Part shown: piece by piece, positions 1-9,901 of the stretch
Position numbering within the stretch: the stretch's first letter is position 1
How the letters are laid out: every line of letters begins with the position of its first letter
The notes under the pieces: generated by a model
Databases searched by the model: none
Told to the model about the DNA's origin: nothing
What the model saw: the letters and a program-made list of their open reading frames with translations, nothing else
NCBI GenBank assembly: GCA_963768425.1
Contig: CAVYHV010000003.1
Coordinates: 1 to 34,640 of the forward strand
From: Candidatus Bathyarchaeota archaeon
Lineage (GTDB): Archaea; Thermoproteota; Bathyarchaeia; Bathyarchaeales; Bathycorpusculaceae
DNA length: 34,640 nucleotides
Reading direction: 5' to 3'
Made by a program: the position numbers and the translations under genes

Positions 1-18
1 TATTTTGGACGCCTGCTG

Positions 19-1629
19 ATGCCGGAAGAAAACATCCCGGTGACTAAAGCGGAAGAGGAAAAAGGCTCTTACAGCTTGGCAAGCAGCAAAAAAGGCCTTG
101 GTGAACTGGATGCCGTTAAAGTCGACAAATTCGGAAACGTTATCGATGGCTTCCACAGACTGGGAGAAAACGTGAATTGGCGCCGCGAAGTACTCGACTG
201 GATAGACACGCCAGAAAAGCTTGAAGCAGCACGGTTAGCCGTGAACTTTGCCCGACGAAGCATGGCTCCTCAAGAAGTTACTGAACGCATCACCAATCTT
301 TTGAAGGCAGGGATTAAAGCTGCTGAAATCGCCGAGTTAACTGGCATAAGCGAGCGAACAATCGCCAAGTACACGCCACAGGAGTTCAAGAACCCGCAAA
401 AAGTTGAAGCTGGAAAGGCTTCTAAGCTTCAAAATAGTGCTGAAGCGCTTCAGCAGACTGTTAATACTTCAGATACCAAGACGGACCGTGACAGACTCGT
501 TGAGGCCGTAGACACAGCCACCTACACTACCTGCCCAGTCTGTCATAGCGAACCCGTTCAAATCAGCAGTTTGGGTTTGCCGTACGTTGTCTGCATCAAC
601 GGCCACGAGTGGCACCTGCAGAAAGGCCCCATAACCCTTCAGCAGCCCAAGAAAGCCGCGCTCAAAAACGTCTGTGAAGGATGTATCAAGGACCGCACTT
701 GCGACCACAGCTACAAGTACCAGAACAAAGACGGCACCGAAGAAGTCTGCCACTGCAAGCGCGTAGCCGTGGCCACCGGCAGCTACCTGGACCGCATGAA
801 AGAATGCGGCGACTGCGGACTGATGTTTTTTGACACAAGCCTCGAAAACGGCCTATGCGACAAATGCAGCGCGCGCTGCAGAACAAAGACCACGGAACCT
901 GAGAAAGCAATCACCCAGCCAGAGTTGGTCCCTGTCGACGAAGAACCAGCCAAAGTTGTGATTCTGTCGCCGATTACTTTCCTGGTGAAGTTTCCGAAGG
1001 AAATCAAAGTGGACGCGCAGAAACTTGCGGCGCTATTAACCGAGTGCGACTATGACGACACTTTGCCAAACCGTATCATCAAGGACGTAGACCAGGGCGT
1101 AACCGTGAGTTTTGACCTCAACGATTGGCACCGCGCAAACATGGAGGATGGAGCACCCGACCACACAAGCGCCGAGATCTTCAAGGAAGAACTGATCAGC
1201 ACATTGGAAAGCGAGCAGTTGGCAACTTGGACTGAAGCAAACGGCATTGTTGTGCTGCAGCTGTGGCCTAAAGCGGAAAAGCCGAAGCCGGTTAAGGAAA
1301 TTGATTTTGAGCACGTTGGCAGATCGTGCCCTTGTTGCCTCCGTCCATTGACTGAAGAGGGTTACCAAAGATGCGAGAAAAGGCTTGGCGAAAAGTACCC
1401 TGACCTCTTCGGCATAGCACCAAAGCAGAAAGCCATCAAATGCGAATGCGGCCAAGAAATCCTGGTGCTGCCAGACATCGCTAAGATGAGCAAAGCCATC
1501 GAGGAACACGCCAAAAACGCCTGCATATACGGAAAAGAAGGAAGCGTAGTTTCTAAACAGACGGTTATTCTGCATCTTACCCAAGATCTGCTTCGGGTGG
1601 TCGCTGGTCCACAGGAGGCGGCAGAGTAA
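19..1629 (+). CDS. ParB/Srx-like N-terminal domain protein with HTH and multiple Cys-rich zinc-binding modules
   Basis: GNVIDGFHR ParB-type motif; AAEIAELTGISERTIAKY HTH; Cys clusters CPVC, CEGC, CGDC, CDKC, CPCC, CECG. Confidence 0.7.
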   Translation: MPEENIPVTKAEEEKGSYSLASSKKGLGELDAVKVDKFGNVIDGFHRLGENVNWRREVLDWIDTPEKLEAARLAVNFARRSMAPQEVTERITNLLKAGIKAAEIAELTGISERTIAKYTPQEFKNPQKVEAGKASKLQNSAEALQQTVNTSDTKTDRDRLVEAVDTATYTTCPVCHSEPVQISSLGLPYVVCINGHEWHLQKGPITLQQPKKAALKNVCEGCIKDRTCDHSYKYQNKDGTEEVCHCKRVAVATGSYLDRMKECGDCGLMFFDTSLENGLCDKCSARCRTKTTEPEKAITQPELVPVDEEPAKVVILSPITFLVKFPKEIKVDAQKLAALLTECDYDDTLPNRIIKDVDQGVTVSFDLNDWHRANMEDGAPDHTSAEIFKEELISTLESEQLATWTEANGIVVLQLWPKAEKPKPVKEIDFEHVGRSCPCCLRPLTEEGYQRCEKRLGEKYPDLFGIAPKQKAIKCECGQEILVLPDIAKMSKAIEEHAKNACIYGKEGSVVSKQTVILHLTQDLLRVVAGPQEAAE

Positions 1630-2480
1630 TGGCAACTACAGATATTCTTCCAGCTGGGACCGCACCAGTCGCACCCCTTGTCACAGCCGAACAAGCTGTC
1701 AAGCAGTGGGCTCTCTTCGAAGACCTCAAAGGAAAACTCCTCAATGAAAGCGACTACCAAGAAATCTCGGGGAAAAAATACATTAAACGCAGCGGTTTCC
1801 GCAAACTCGCAGTGTTCTTCGGCATCAGCGACCAAATAATCAAAGAAGAACGGCAAGACCGCCCAGACGGCAGCTTCATCTGGAGAATAGAGGTTGAGGC
1901 ACGCGCACCGAACGGCCGCATTTGCATCGGCGTGGGTGCCTGTGACAGTAAAGAAAGACGTTTCGCCCATGAAGAACACGACGTTTACAGCACAAGTCAC
2001 ACTAGAGCGAAGTCAAGAGCGATTTCGGATCTGGTGGCAGGCGGCGCCGTCAGCGCGGAAGAGGTTAGCGAACCAGATACGCAGGATACACCGGAAGAAG
2101 CGCCGGCAAAGGCGAGTCCAGCAACAGGAGTACCTACCACTAAAGAGGCTGTATCGCGTGAAGGGCTTCGGCAATTTCCCCTCACAGACGGCTTAGACCC
2201 GGTAGGAATGTTAAACGTCACGGAAAAAGAAGCGTCTTTGATTCCTGAAAGGCCAGTGAAGAAAGAAAGCGGCGCCATCAGCGGGTTCTTGATTCCGAAA
2301 ATCCTTGACGCGATGAAAGCCAAGAACGGCGGCTTCGACTACTCAATAGTCGAGAACGTGAAAGGCGAAGTAGCATACATCCTCATCACAGGGACTCTCT
2401 CAGAACAACAGATCAAAGATCTCCAGTCAGGTGCACGTTGGGCCTTCATCAAAGCCCTTGCTCCATCAACCCCAGCTTAG
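1629..2480 (+). CDS. Putative single-strand annealing protein (Rad52/Sak/ERF-like)
   Basis: KKYIKRSGFRKLA...GVGAC...HTRAKSRAISDLVAGGAVSAEE resembles phage annealing proteins; lies next to a Holliday junction resolvase. Confidence 0.5.
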   Translation: MATTDILPAGTAPVAPLVTAEQAVKQWALFEDLKGKLLNESDYQEISGKKYIKRSGFRKLAVFFGISDQIIKEERQDRPDGSFIWRIEVEARAPNGRICIGVGACDSKERRFAHEEHDVYSTSHTRAKSRAISDLVAGGAVSAEEVSEPDTQDTPEEAPAKASPATGVPTTKEAVSREGLRQFPLTDGLDPVGMLNVTEKEASLIPERPVKKESGAISGFLIPKILDAMKAKNGGFDYSIVENVKGEVAYILITGTLSEQQIKDLQSGARWAFIKALAPSTPA

Positions 2481-2676
2481 GAGACTCAGCCGATGTTTTC
2501 ACCTCAAGCAACACATGCGCCCACTTGTTCAATGTGCAAGTAACCGTGGAGGAATGACGCCTGAACAACGCAGTTCCTTATTACATCGCGGATAATTGCA
2601 TGAGGTCGAAAACGCGCATGCCAGTTAGAAAACACGAAGTAACTTGCAGTTGAAAAATCGGAGGCGCTCAAAAATA

Positions 2677-3049
2677 ATGCCTGACTACAGCGCCAAGACG
2701 ATGCGGAGCAAATACAGACGAGGCGCCAGTTTTGAGCAGCGGGTGAAAAGGTACTTGGAAGGCGCCGGCTTTTTCGTTGTGAGAGCGGCGCAGAGTAAGG
2801 GCTTAGCAGATCTTGTTGCATTGCGAGGCGGCGAAGGCTCAGCAGACTGTGCACAAGGTCAACGTGAAGTTGAGTTTGGAAGTTCGGCTTGTCAGCTGCA
2901 GGCTACATGGCGTCTGGGGACTACAGGAAAAGAAGGACCTGTACGCTTTAGTTGAGAAGCTGGGTCCTCAAGTCAACGCGTTTCTGGCTTCCCGCGGGGC
3001 ACCACCACATTTCCTAATCAAAATGGAGCGTCTGGAGGCGCCACAATGA
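2677..3049 (+). CDS. hjc: Hjc-like Holliday junction resolvase, split by a frameshift near 2830
   Basis: N-half KYRRGASFEQRVKRYLEGAGFFVVRAAQSKGLADLVAL is typical archaeal Hjc; the C-half (EVRLVSCR...) is in the 2813-3049 frame and its stop overlaps the next ATG. Confidence 0.7.
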
Positions 3050-4389
3050 AGTCGCCGACTGAAGAGGAGCAGGATCAGCAGCTGAAAGAGCTGCTTAAAC
3101 CGTACTGCGACGAGAAAGACGTTAGCAAAACCCCGATTGGCTGGCTGATAAAACCGCGCAAGAACTTGCCGCCGGCGATGCTTGTGGTAATGACAAAGAA
3201 ACTTGAAGCTTTAGGCGCAGCTTTCTCTGCAACCGCCGGCACGTTTTTGCTTAAGGAAATGTCGTCTGGACAACGTAAAGAACACGAGAAATACGTGGAT
3301 ATATCGCTTAACGACTTGGTGCTGGGTCCCACCCCACGCCTAAACGTCGACGACATAAGCATCGAGCCTTTATTCCTGGACCTAAAAGTGAACGGACAGA
3401 AAGAACACATCATCGTTAGGCCATCCCCCAAGATCGAAGGCAAATACGAAATTATCGACGGCAACCGACGCAAAAGAGCGGCGGAAGCACTTGGGTGGCC
3501 AACTCTAAAGGCAGAGATCCGGGACCTCACCGACCAGGAAGCGTTTGAGCTCGCCTTCATACTTTTTAACCGCAAGGAACTCTCGCAGTTTGAGATGGGA
3601 CGCTACTTCAAAAAAGGCATGGAACTGTATCCTGAAACATACCCAACACAGAAGGCAGTTGCAAAACGGTTCGGCAAAAGCGAATCCAGCATATCCGAAC
3701 TTATCAGTTACTACGAAGAAGAACAGGCGAGAATTGATAGCCTGAAACAAGACCAAGACTCTCCTGCTGAAGCACCAGAAAAGCCAAACGCCGCCGATTT
3801 GACGCAAAAGACAACTGACCAACCTGACCAAGCACCAGAAAACCCCGATTTAGGGCAAAAAACAGAGGAAAAATTCGGGCGCCCGAATTTTTCGGGAAGT
3901 CAAGGGGCGGACGACACAAAGAAACTGCCGATACCTTCGCCGACGCATGCCGCAATAATTCGGAGGGCGCCAGCTGAGCTTCAGCCTGAACTGAGGCGGA
4001 TGGCAGCCACTGGAAAATCAACCAGAGATCTAGAAACGTACATAACCGCTGCGCAGCAGCCGCCGGCGTCCGCCAAAGACTGCCTCGCAACCGCTGGAAA
4101 AGAATACGCCCGTGAAGCAAAGATTGAGGAAGCAAAGAAGCAGGCGCTTATAAACAGCCTCAAAATGGTCTTTCCCGAACGGCTCCTGCAGAAGCTAATT
4201 GAACACTTCAACCCGGTGAGTTTCGGCGGCATGACCAACATGAAGTTGGCGACCCTGGCGGCGAAGCTGATATCGCTAGAAGGCGCGGATCTGAAGGGGT
4301 TCCTGGCTGCTTGTGACAGACTTCATGAAACAGCGGAGCAAAACGGCCAGCTGGAGGCATACCTCCGAACAATCGAGGAGGACCTCTGA
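3046..4389 (+). CDS. ParB/RepB/Spo0J family protein
   Basis: IIVRP...YEIIDGNRRKRAAEALGW ParB motif followed by TQKAVAKRFGKSESSISELI HTH. Confidence 0.85.
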   Translation: MKSPTEEEQDQQLKELLKPYCDEKDVSKTPIGWLIKPRKNLPPAMLVVMTKKLEALGAAFSATAGTFLLKEMSSGQRKEHEKYVDISLNDLVLGPTPRLNVDDISIEPLFLDLKVNGQKEHIIVRPSPKIEGKYEIIDGNRRKRAAEALGWPTLKAEIRDLTDQEAFELAFILFNRKELSQFEMGRYFKKGMELYPETYPTQKAVAKRFGKSESSISELISYYEEEQARIDSLKQDQDSPAEAPEKPNAADLTQKTTDQPDQAPENPDLGQKTEEKFGRPNFSGSQGADDTKKLPIPSPTHAAIIRRAPAELQPELRRMAATGKSTRDLETYITAAQQPPASAKDCLATAGKEYAREAKIEEAKKQALINSLKMVFPERLLQKLIEHFNPVSFGGMTNMKLATLAAKLISLEGADLKGFLAACDRLHETAEQNGQLEAYLRTIEEDL

Positions 4390-4670
4390 TGAAGCTCGTA
4401 ACGGTGTATCTACCTCAAAGCTATATCAAAGCGCTTGACCAACTCGTCGACCTGCATTTTTACCCTTGCCGCGCGGAAGCGATCCGCGTCGCAATCAAAG
4501 ACCTGATCAAAGATGAGGTCTGGACTCGGACGCCTTTGCCCTGTGAACAGAAAAAAGTTGTGGTGTCAGAGGAAGCCCAAAGGGACCTGCGGAAGCCACC
4601 CAGCAAACTGATTCGACCGCAACAGTATCCAACTCAACGAAAACCCAGAATGGAGGAAAAAACAAATTGA
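4389..4670 (+). CDS. Ribbon-helix-helix transcription factor, CdrS/aCcr1-like
   Basis: MKLVTVYLPQSYIKALDQLVDLHFYPCRAEAIRVAIKDLI matches the archaeal RHH pattern. Confidence 0.8.
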   Translation: MKLVTVYLPQSYIKALDQLVDLHFYPCRAEAIRVAIKDLIKDEVWTRTPLPCEQKKVVVSEEAQRDLRKPPSKLIRPQQYPTQRKPRMEEKTN

Positions 4671-5242
4671 GTAAAAAGATTTTCACAGATGATCCAAGAG
4701 TAAAATATGTAACTACCTCAATCGCCCCAGAGCGTACCCGTGAAGAAATAAGTGAAAAACTCCGCGCCTACGACACCTACGATATTTACTGGCATTGGCG
4801 CCCTGAGCAGAACGACGTTTACGTGCAGTTCATTATCGAGGAAGTTATCGATGGGGTTCCGGCTAAAGTAGGCGCGAAGGTTGTTATGCCTATTATTTGG
4901 GATAAAGCGGTTTCGAGGAGCCCTGATCCTAAACGCAGAGTTGAACAGGTTAACTTGAAGGTTTCTATGCGGGCGTTGTTCTGGTACATCAAAGCTAACT
5001 TGGAGAACGCTTATGCAATGCAAAGTAGCCGAGTAGCCGCTTTCTTGCCCGATACGATTCAGCCTAATGGTAAACGGTTCTTTGATAATTTGAAGTCTCG
5101 GATAGATCAATTCCAAGCGTTGCCAGATGTGCCAAAGGAAAAACCTGTTGAAGTTGTTGTTCCAACTGAGGACCAGCGGAAACGTGAACGAGTCAACGTA
5201 ACTAATGGGTACCCTGAGGACCATGTGAAGGAGGCTCCATAA
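4667..5242 (+). CDS. Hypothetical protein
   Basis: 191 aa ORF coupled to both neighbours by start/stop overlaps. Confidence 0.7.
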   Translation: MSKKIFTDDPRVKYVTTSIAPERTREEISEKLRAYDTYDIYWHWRPEQNDVYVQFIIEEVIDGVPAKVGAKVVMPIIWDKAVSRSPDPKRRVEQVNLKVSMRALFWYIKANLENAYAMQSSRVAAFLPDTIQPNGKRFFDNLKSRIDQFQALPDVPKEKPVEVVVPTEDQRKRERVNVTNGYPEDHVKEAP

Positions 5243-5346
5243 TGCCGAAGTTCAACAGAAAGAAAAACAAAACTGGTGAAACACTACGCGAACATGAGTT
5301 GCTTTTAGCTGAAGAAGAATTTTACCAGAGAACGGAGGCTTAACGG

Positions 5347-5481
5347 ATGGTTCAGGTTGAGCAGAAAGGCAACGGATGCGTCGAATGCGGCAACATAATC
5401 CGCGACCCTGAAACAGGCGAAGACATCTGCACCAGCACAAGAAATGATCCAATCGAATGCCTGAGGGAGACGAGTCCATGA
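5347..5481 (+). CDS. Small TFIIB-type zinc-ribbon-like protein (44 aa)
   Basis: Read by hand: MVQVEQKGNGCVECGNIIRDPETGEDICTSTRNDPIECLRETSP; stop overlaps ATG at 5478. Confidence 0.5.
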   Translation: MVQVEQKGNGCVECGNIIRDPETGEDICTSTRNDPIECLRETSP

Positions 5482-5741
5482 CAACGTCACAGGTCGAAAA
5501 AGACGAGCGCCTCACACAGCTGGTGGCCCTCTGCATCAAAAACCACAAAACCCCAGCGTCCAACGTCTTCGCAGATTTCGTGATTATGGTCTGCGCGCGG
5601 TTCGGCGTTAACCGCCGCACCGCCCGCAGCTACATAGACTCACTCATCAGCGTCTGGCGCCTCGACAAGTGGAGGAGCCGCGTCAAAGAAAACCCATACA
5701 TGACAGAGGAGGCCATCAGCGAATGGATCAGTCAACATTAG
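5478..5741 (+). CDS. Hypothetical protein, possible HTH
   Basis: ATGA overlap with upstream ORF; ARFGVNRRTARSYIDSL looks like an HTH recognition helix. Confidence 0.55.
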   Translation: MTTSQVEKDERLTQLVALCIKNHKTPASNVFADFVIMVCARFGVNRRTARSYIDSLISVWRLDKWRSRVKENPYMTEEAISEWISQH

Positions 5742-5929
5742 CCAGCATCATCTACACCACCGCAGCCTCCGACAAAATGAACGGGAAAGGCAGAATAATC
5801 CTGTCGGACCTACGCATTGACTTGCCGGGTGTAACTGCTGAAGAAATCATGGCAGCGTGGAAGCTAAAGTTTCCCGAGTACCCCATTGAACAACCGAACC
5901 GAAAACACGTTGATAATCGAGCTTGGTAG
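5723..5929 (+). CDS. Hypothetical protein
   Basis: MDQSTLAS... fills the gap between the previous gene and MCM. Confidence 0.5.
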   Translation: MDQSTLASIIYTTAASDKMNGKGRIILSDLRIDLPGVTAEEIMAAWKLKFPEYPIEQPNRKHVDNRAW

Positions 5930-5935
5930 AAAGAA

Positions 5936-7980
5936 ATGACGCAGGAAACTAAAACCGTGGATCCGCAGCAGTCATTCCAGGATTTCTTCAAATCCGATAA
6001 GTACCGCAACGCGCTTCAACAGATGGCGGTGCAGGGAAGAAAAAGCTTCGCCGTCGACTTCACAGACCTCCATGTCTTCAAAGAGGAATTGGCCAGGGTG
6101 CTGCTTGAGAAACCCGAAGAATACCTCAAACACGCTTCCCACGGCGCCTACGAGCAGCTACGCATCGAAAACAGCGAATACGCCGAAAAAATAGAGCCTG
6201 AAGACCTCACGGTGCGATTCTCTAAACTCTACAATGTAGAGCAGTTGAGAACCTTAGGCGCAGAGCACCTGGCAAAACTCGTTATGATCGAGGCAATCGT
6301 TGTCAGCGCAACGCCTATCCGCCCAATCATCATGAAGGCAGCGTATAAATGCAGGGCCTGCGGAAGCATAAACTACATTGTCCAAACCGAGCAGATGATA
6401 AATCCACCGGTGGAATGTTCTTCTCCGGATTGCCAGAGGAATGGCAAAATCTTCACTTTCAACATGGAACGCAGCATCTTCAAAGACAGCCAGGACCTGC
6501 GGCTGCAGGAACGGCCCGAGGACCTGCCTCCTGGGCAGATGCCAAGGACCATCGCGGTTAAATCGTCGGCAAAGAATTGGTGGAGCTTGCGCGACCAGGC
6601 GACCACGTGGCAATCGTTGGGATTCCAAGGGCGTTCTCGCTGGACGTGAAAGGCGTCGGCAAATCCAGAACCTTCACCATGCTCATCGACGCCAACAACA
6701 TACAAGTCCTAGGCAAGGAACCCGAAAACAACCCGCCTTCCCCGAAAGAGGAAGAAAAAATCAAGGCGTTGGCCAGGGACCCGGATATTCACCGCAAAAT
6801 CAGGGATTCCATTGCACCCTCAATCTACGGTTACGAACACGTTAAAGAAGCAGTGATGTACCTGCTTTTCAGCGGAGTCAGCAAAACCCTTCCCGACATC
6901 ACCATACGCGGCGAACTCAACGTGCTAGTCGTTGGAGACCCTGGAACCGCCAAGTCACAGATCCTCCAGTACATCCCACGAATAGCGCCCAGAGGCCTCT
7001 ACACATCGGGACGCGGAACAACCGCGGCGGGTTTGACTGCTTCGGTGTCCCGGGACAAAAACGGAAGCATGACACTGGAAGCCGGGGCACTTGTGTTGGC
7101 CGACAAGGGAATTTTGAGCATCGATGAAATGGAGAAGATGAAGCCTGAGGACCGCGTAGCCATCCACGAAGCCATGGAGCAGCATACGGTAAGCGTTGCG
7201 AAGAGCGGCATAATTGCAACTTTGAACGCCCGAACCAGCATACTGGCTGCGGCTAACCCCACGTTTGGCAGGTACGAGCCCTGCAGGACAGTGGCAGAGA
7301 ACATTTCCGCGTTGCCCATCACGGTTCTAAGCCGGTTTGACCTCATCTTTATCCTGCGGGATACACCGGAGAAAAACAAGGACGCAAAAATGACAACACA
7401 TATTCTGGGGCTGCATCAGACAAGCGCCACGTCAAATGAACCGCCGATCAAAGCGGATCTGCTACGCAAATACATTGCCTATGCTAAAACATTTAAGCCG
7501 CGGCTAACCAGCGAGGCACTTGGAAAACTCAGCGAATTCTATTTGGCGATGAGGTCTTCCAGCGAAAACGAAGGCAGCCCAGTAGCCATAACAGCCCGGC
7601 AGCTGGAGTCGCTGGTGCGGATCGCTGAAGCAAGAGCAAGGGCGGCATTAAGAGACGTAACAGTGGAAGACGCGGAAGCAGCTATCAAAATAACCAGGAA
7701 ATCACTTGAAGAAGTAGGCATCGACGTGACCTCCTACAAAGTCGACATAGACCTGATCATGACGGGCAAACCCAAGTCGATGCGGGACAAAATCAACTTG
7801 GCAATAGACGCTTACGGGGAACTGGCGAAGCTAACGGGCAACATGGTTTCGAAGGCAGACCTCATTGCGAAGCTGGAGGAACAGAAGATACCGGCGTCTG
7901 AAGCGGAACGGCTGATTGCTCAGCTGCTTAGGGACGCAACATTCTTTGAGCCAAGGGAGGGGTTCCTAAATAAAACGTAA
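5936..7980 (+). CDS. mcm: MCM replicative helicase (one frameshift near 6560)
   Basis: N-domain with zinc finger and QERPEDLPPGQMPR; Walker A GDPGTAKS, Walker B IDEMEKM, arginine finger LSRFDL, ITARQLESLVR. One extra A in gttaaatcgtc joins the two ORFs. Confidence 0.95.
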
Positions 7981-7984
7981 AGGA

Positions 7985-8117
7985 TGTGTGCACGCGTTTC
8001 CGAGGGGGCACTTAGCGCACACAAAAAAATCGGGTTATATATATTATATTATATATATTATATAATCAAAATAATAATAATACCGCACGTGCGCCCCCGT
8101 GCATACCTCCGTGCGTG
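7985..8117. other. Candidate replication origin of the element
   Basis: 48 bp almost pure A/T tract (8035-8082) flanked by GCAC/GTGC motifs and oppositely oriented G5/C5 strings, directly after mcm. Confidence 0.55.
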
Positions 8118-8177
8118 TTTTCGCCGCTGTTTCTTTTTTCTATTAATTTCTATTAACCGATTTGGAGATGAGAGAAC

Positions 8178-8687
8178 ATGATCAACGACGAAAAAAACTA
8201 TTTGAAACCGAAACTTAAGAAACTTTTAGCTGAAAAAATCACGGAGAACCTGATGCTGCCTCGCAAACTCACTTCTTACGAGATCAACCCCGAAGTCATG
8301 GACACGTTTTTTGAGGTTACGCATGCCTCCGGGCTTATTACGCGTCGGCAAGGAGTAAACCGTGTTATCGAAGCTTTCATGATGATCTGCAACGAACTCT
8401 ACGCAGAGGACGCAAAACAAGTTAACCTTTTCTACCAGCCAACCATCAACCACAACGTCGTCAACAAAACAGTCAACATAACTGAACGCATCGAGGTGAA
8501 GCTGGTTAAAGAAGAGCTTGAGAGCATCCTCCGCGGGTTCCAGAAGAAAGATGCACCTGCAACCTACGCTAATTCTCTGAGTAAACGGCTGAAGAACACG
8601 TTGCCGAAGGCGATCCGGGTCCAGGGTAAAGTGCAGGATCCTGAGCTTGAGAAGCTTCTGCTGCAATGTGAGCAACACCTGAAGTAA
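8178..8687 (+). CDS. Hypothetical protein
   Basis: 169 aa ORF with upstream GGAGATGA and a downstream T-rich tract. Confidence 0.7.
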   Translation: MINDEKNYLKPKLKKLLAEKITENLMLPRKLTSYEINPEVMDTFFEVTHASGLITRRQGVNRVIEAFMMICNELYAEDAKQVNLFYQPTINHNVVNKTVNITERIEVKLVKEELESILRGFQKKDAPATYANSLSKRLKNTLPKAIRVQGKVQDPELEKLLLQCEQHLK

Positions 8688-8705
8688 TCTCTTTTTCTTT
8701 TTTTT
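8688..8705 (+). terminator. Oligo-T archaeal terminator
   Basis: tctctttttcttttttttt-type tract immediately after the stop at 8687. Confidence 0.55.
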
Positions 8706-8743
8706 AACGTCGCCTTTTAGCTTCCCCAGCAACTTAACCCTTT

Positions 8744-9238
8744 TTAACTGTTTACGCCCTTCACTTGGTTACCGCATTTTGGGCACTCATAAAAGAACGG
8801 CGACGGATCGTTGGGTTCTGATTCTTCAGGCAACAAGATACCTTTGACACATTTTGGGCAGTTTATGGCTTCTCTGATGTCCACTGTGATGTTGGTGTTG
8901 TTTCTCGACATCTTTAAAACGGAGCTTTTCCAGTTTTGGCGTTCAGCCATGGCGAACAGGTCAATTGTAATTCGGGTTAAGATCAGCGAGTAAAATATCA
9001 TGCCTACACAAAGAGCATAGGCAGCGGCTAAGAGAATTGCGTCTGCTGCTGAGTACACTATCAGTGGGCGAGTTAGCGACCCGTAGAAAATGGCGCCATC
9101 CACCTTGACAGTAAAGAAAAGAAACAACGCTGTGATGAAAACGAAAAATACAGCTCCGAACTTTGGGGCACCAAGCACGGTTTTTTTGAAGCTCATGCCC
9201 GTGCGGTCAATGAACCAATCAACTATTGGAATATTCAA
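8744..9238 (-). CDS. Membrane protein with C-terminal zinc ribbon
   Basis: Probable TTG start at 9238 after GAGGGAG; two hydrophobic segments; CPKC...CPKC. Confidence 0.65.
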   Translation of the reverse strand: MNIPIVDWFIDRTGMSFKKTVLGAPKFGAVFFVFITALFLFFTVKVDGAIFYGSLTRPLIVYSAADAILLAAAYALCVGMIFYSLILTRITIDLFAMAERQNWKSSVLKMSRNNTNITVDIREAINCPKCVKGILLPEESEPNDPSPFFYECPKCGNQVKGVNS

Positions 9239-9264
9239 GTTTTCTCCCTCTAAAAGAAAAATTG

Positions 9265-9639
9265 TCAGCGGTGTCCCAAAATTGCCAACAGGAAAACCGA
9301 CGCGGTCACTGAGAAGGCAATCGCTAGTATCAGCGTGTAGGTGTTGATTACGAACAGCGTCACCGGCATGTGAATGTTTGGGTAATGATGCACGGTGTTG
9401 TGCAGCAGCCAAGGCCAAACGAGGAAATAGTACAATGCCGGTCCGATGCCGAAGGGGAGGAAGCCTACGAGGCTGAAGATGGATCCAAGCAGGACCAAGA
9501 CAGCTGCGAGGCCTACACCGAGGAAACTGTGTGACTCCATGAAGACGAAGATCATGCAGCCGATCGTTAATGCCAGTGTTGTGGTGCCGCCGATTATGCT
9601 GATTGATTTCAGGTGGTTTCTGCGTTTTTTGCCTGGCAA
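9265..9639 (-). CDS. Small polytopic membrane protein
   Basis: TTG start after GGAGG; three to four hydrophobic helices. Confidence 0.65.
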   Translation of the reverse strand: MPGKKRRNHLKSISIIGGTTTLALTIGCMIFVFMESHSFLGVGLAAVLVLLGSIFSLVGFLPFGIGPALYYFLVWPWLLHNTVHHYPNIHMPVTLFVINTYTLILAIAFSVTASVFLLAILGHR

Positions 9640-9640
9640 T

Positions 9641-9802
9641 TTAGCGTCCTCCTTTGAGTTTGCCCATGCCGCAGTCGGGACATTTGATTTCGGTTTCTGT
9701 CTCAACTACTTTTGTGCTGCCGCAGTTGCCGCAGAACTTCAGTTTCATTCCGGATATGAATTCGACGGGTCCATTACGTTTCTTTTTGCTTGGAGGCTCC
9801 AT
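9641..9802 (-). CDS. Small zinc-ribbon protein (53 aa)
   Basis: Read by hand: MEPPSKKKRNGPVEFISGMKLKFCGNCGSTKVVETETEIKCPDCGMGKLKGGR. Confidence 0.65.
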   Translation of the reverse strand: MEPPSKKKRNGPVEFISGMKLKFCGNCGSTKVVETETEIKCPDCGMGKLKGGR

Positions 9803-9901
9803 AGCTCTTCACTTAAAAGAAAAAGATTGGAGTCTTGGTGTTTGTAGTGCGCCCGCGTTTGGCAATCACGCGCCTTGTTCTTCGGTCTTCGGTCACTTAC
9901 A

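Noticed and set aside
7984-8181. 65 aa ORF after mcm
   Set aside because: It is a translation of the AT-rich tract (Tyr/Ile runs).
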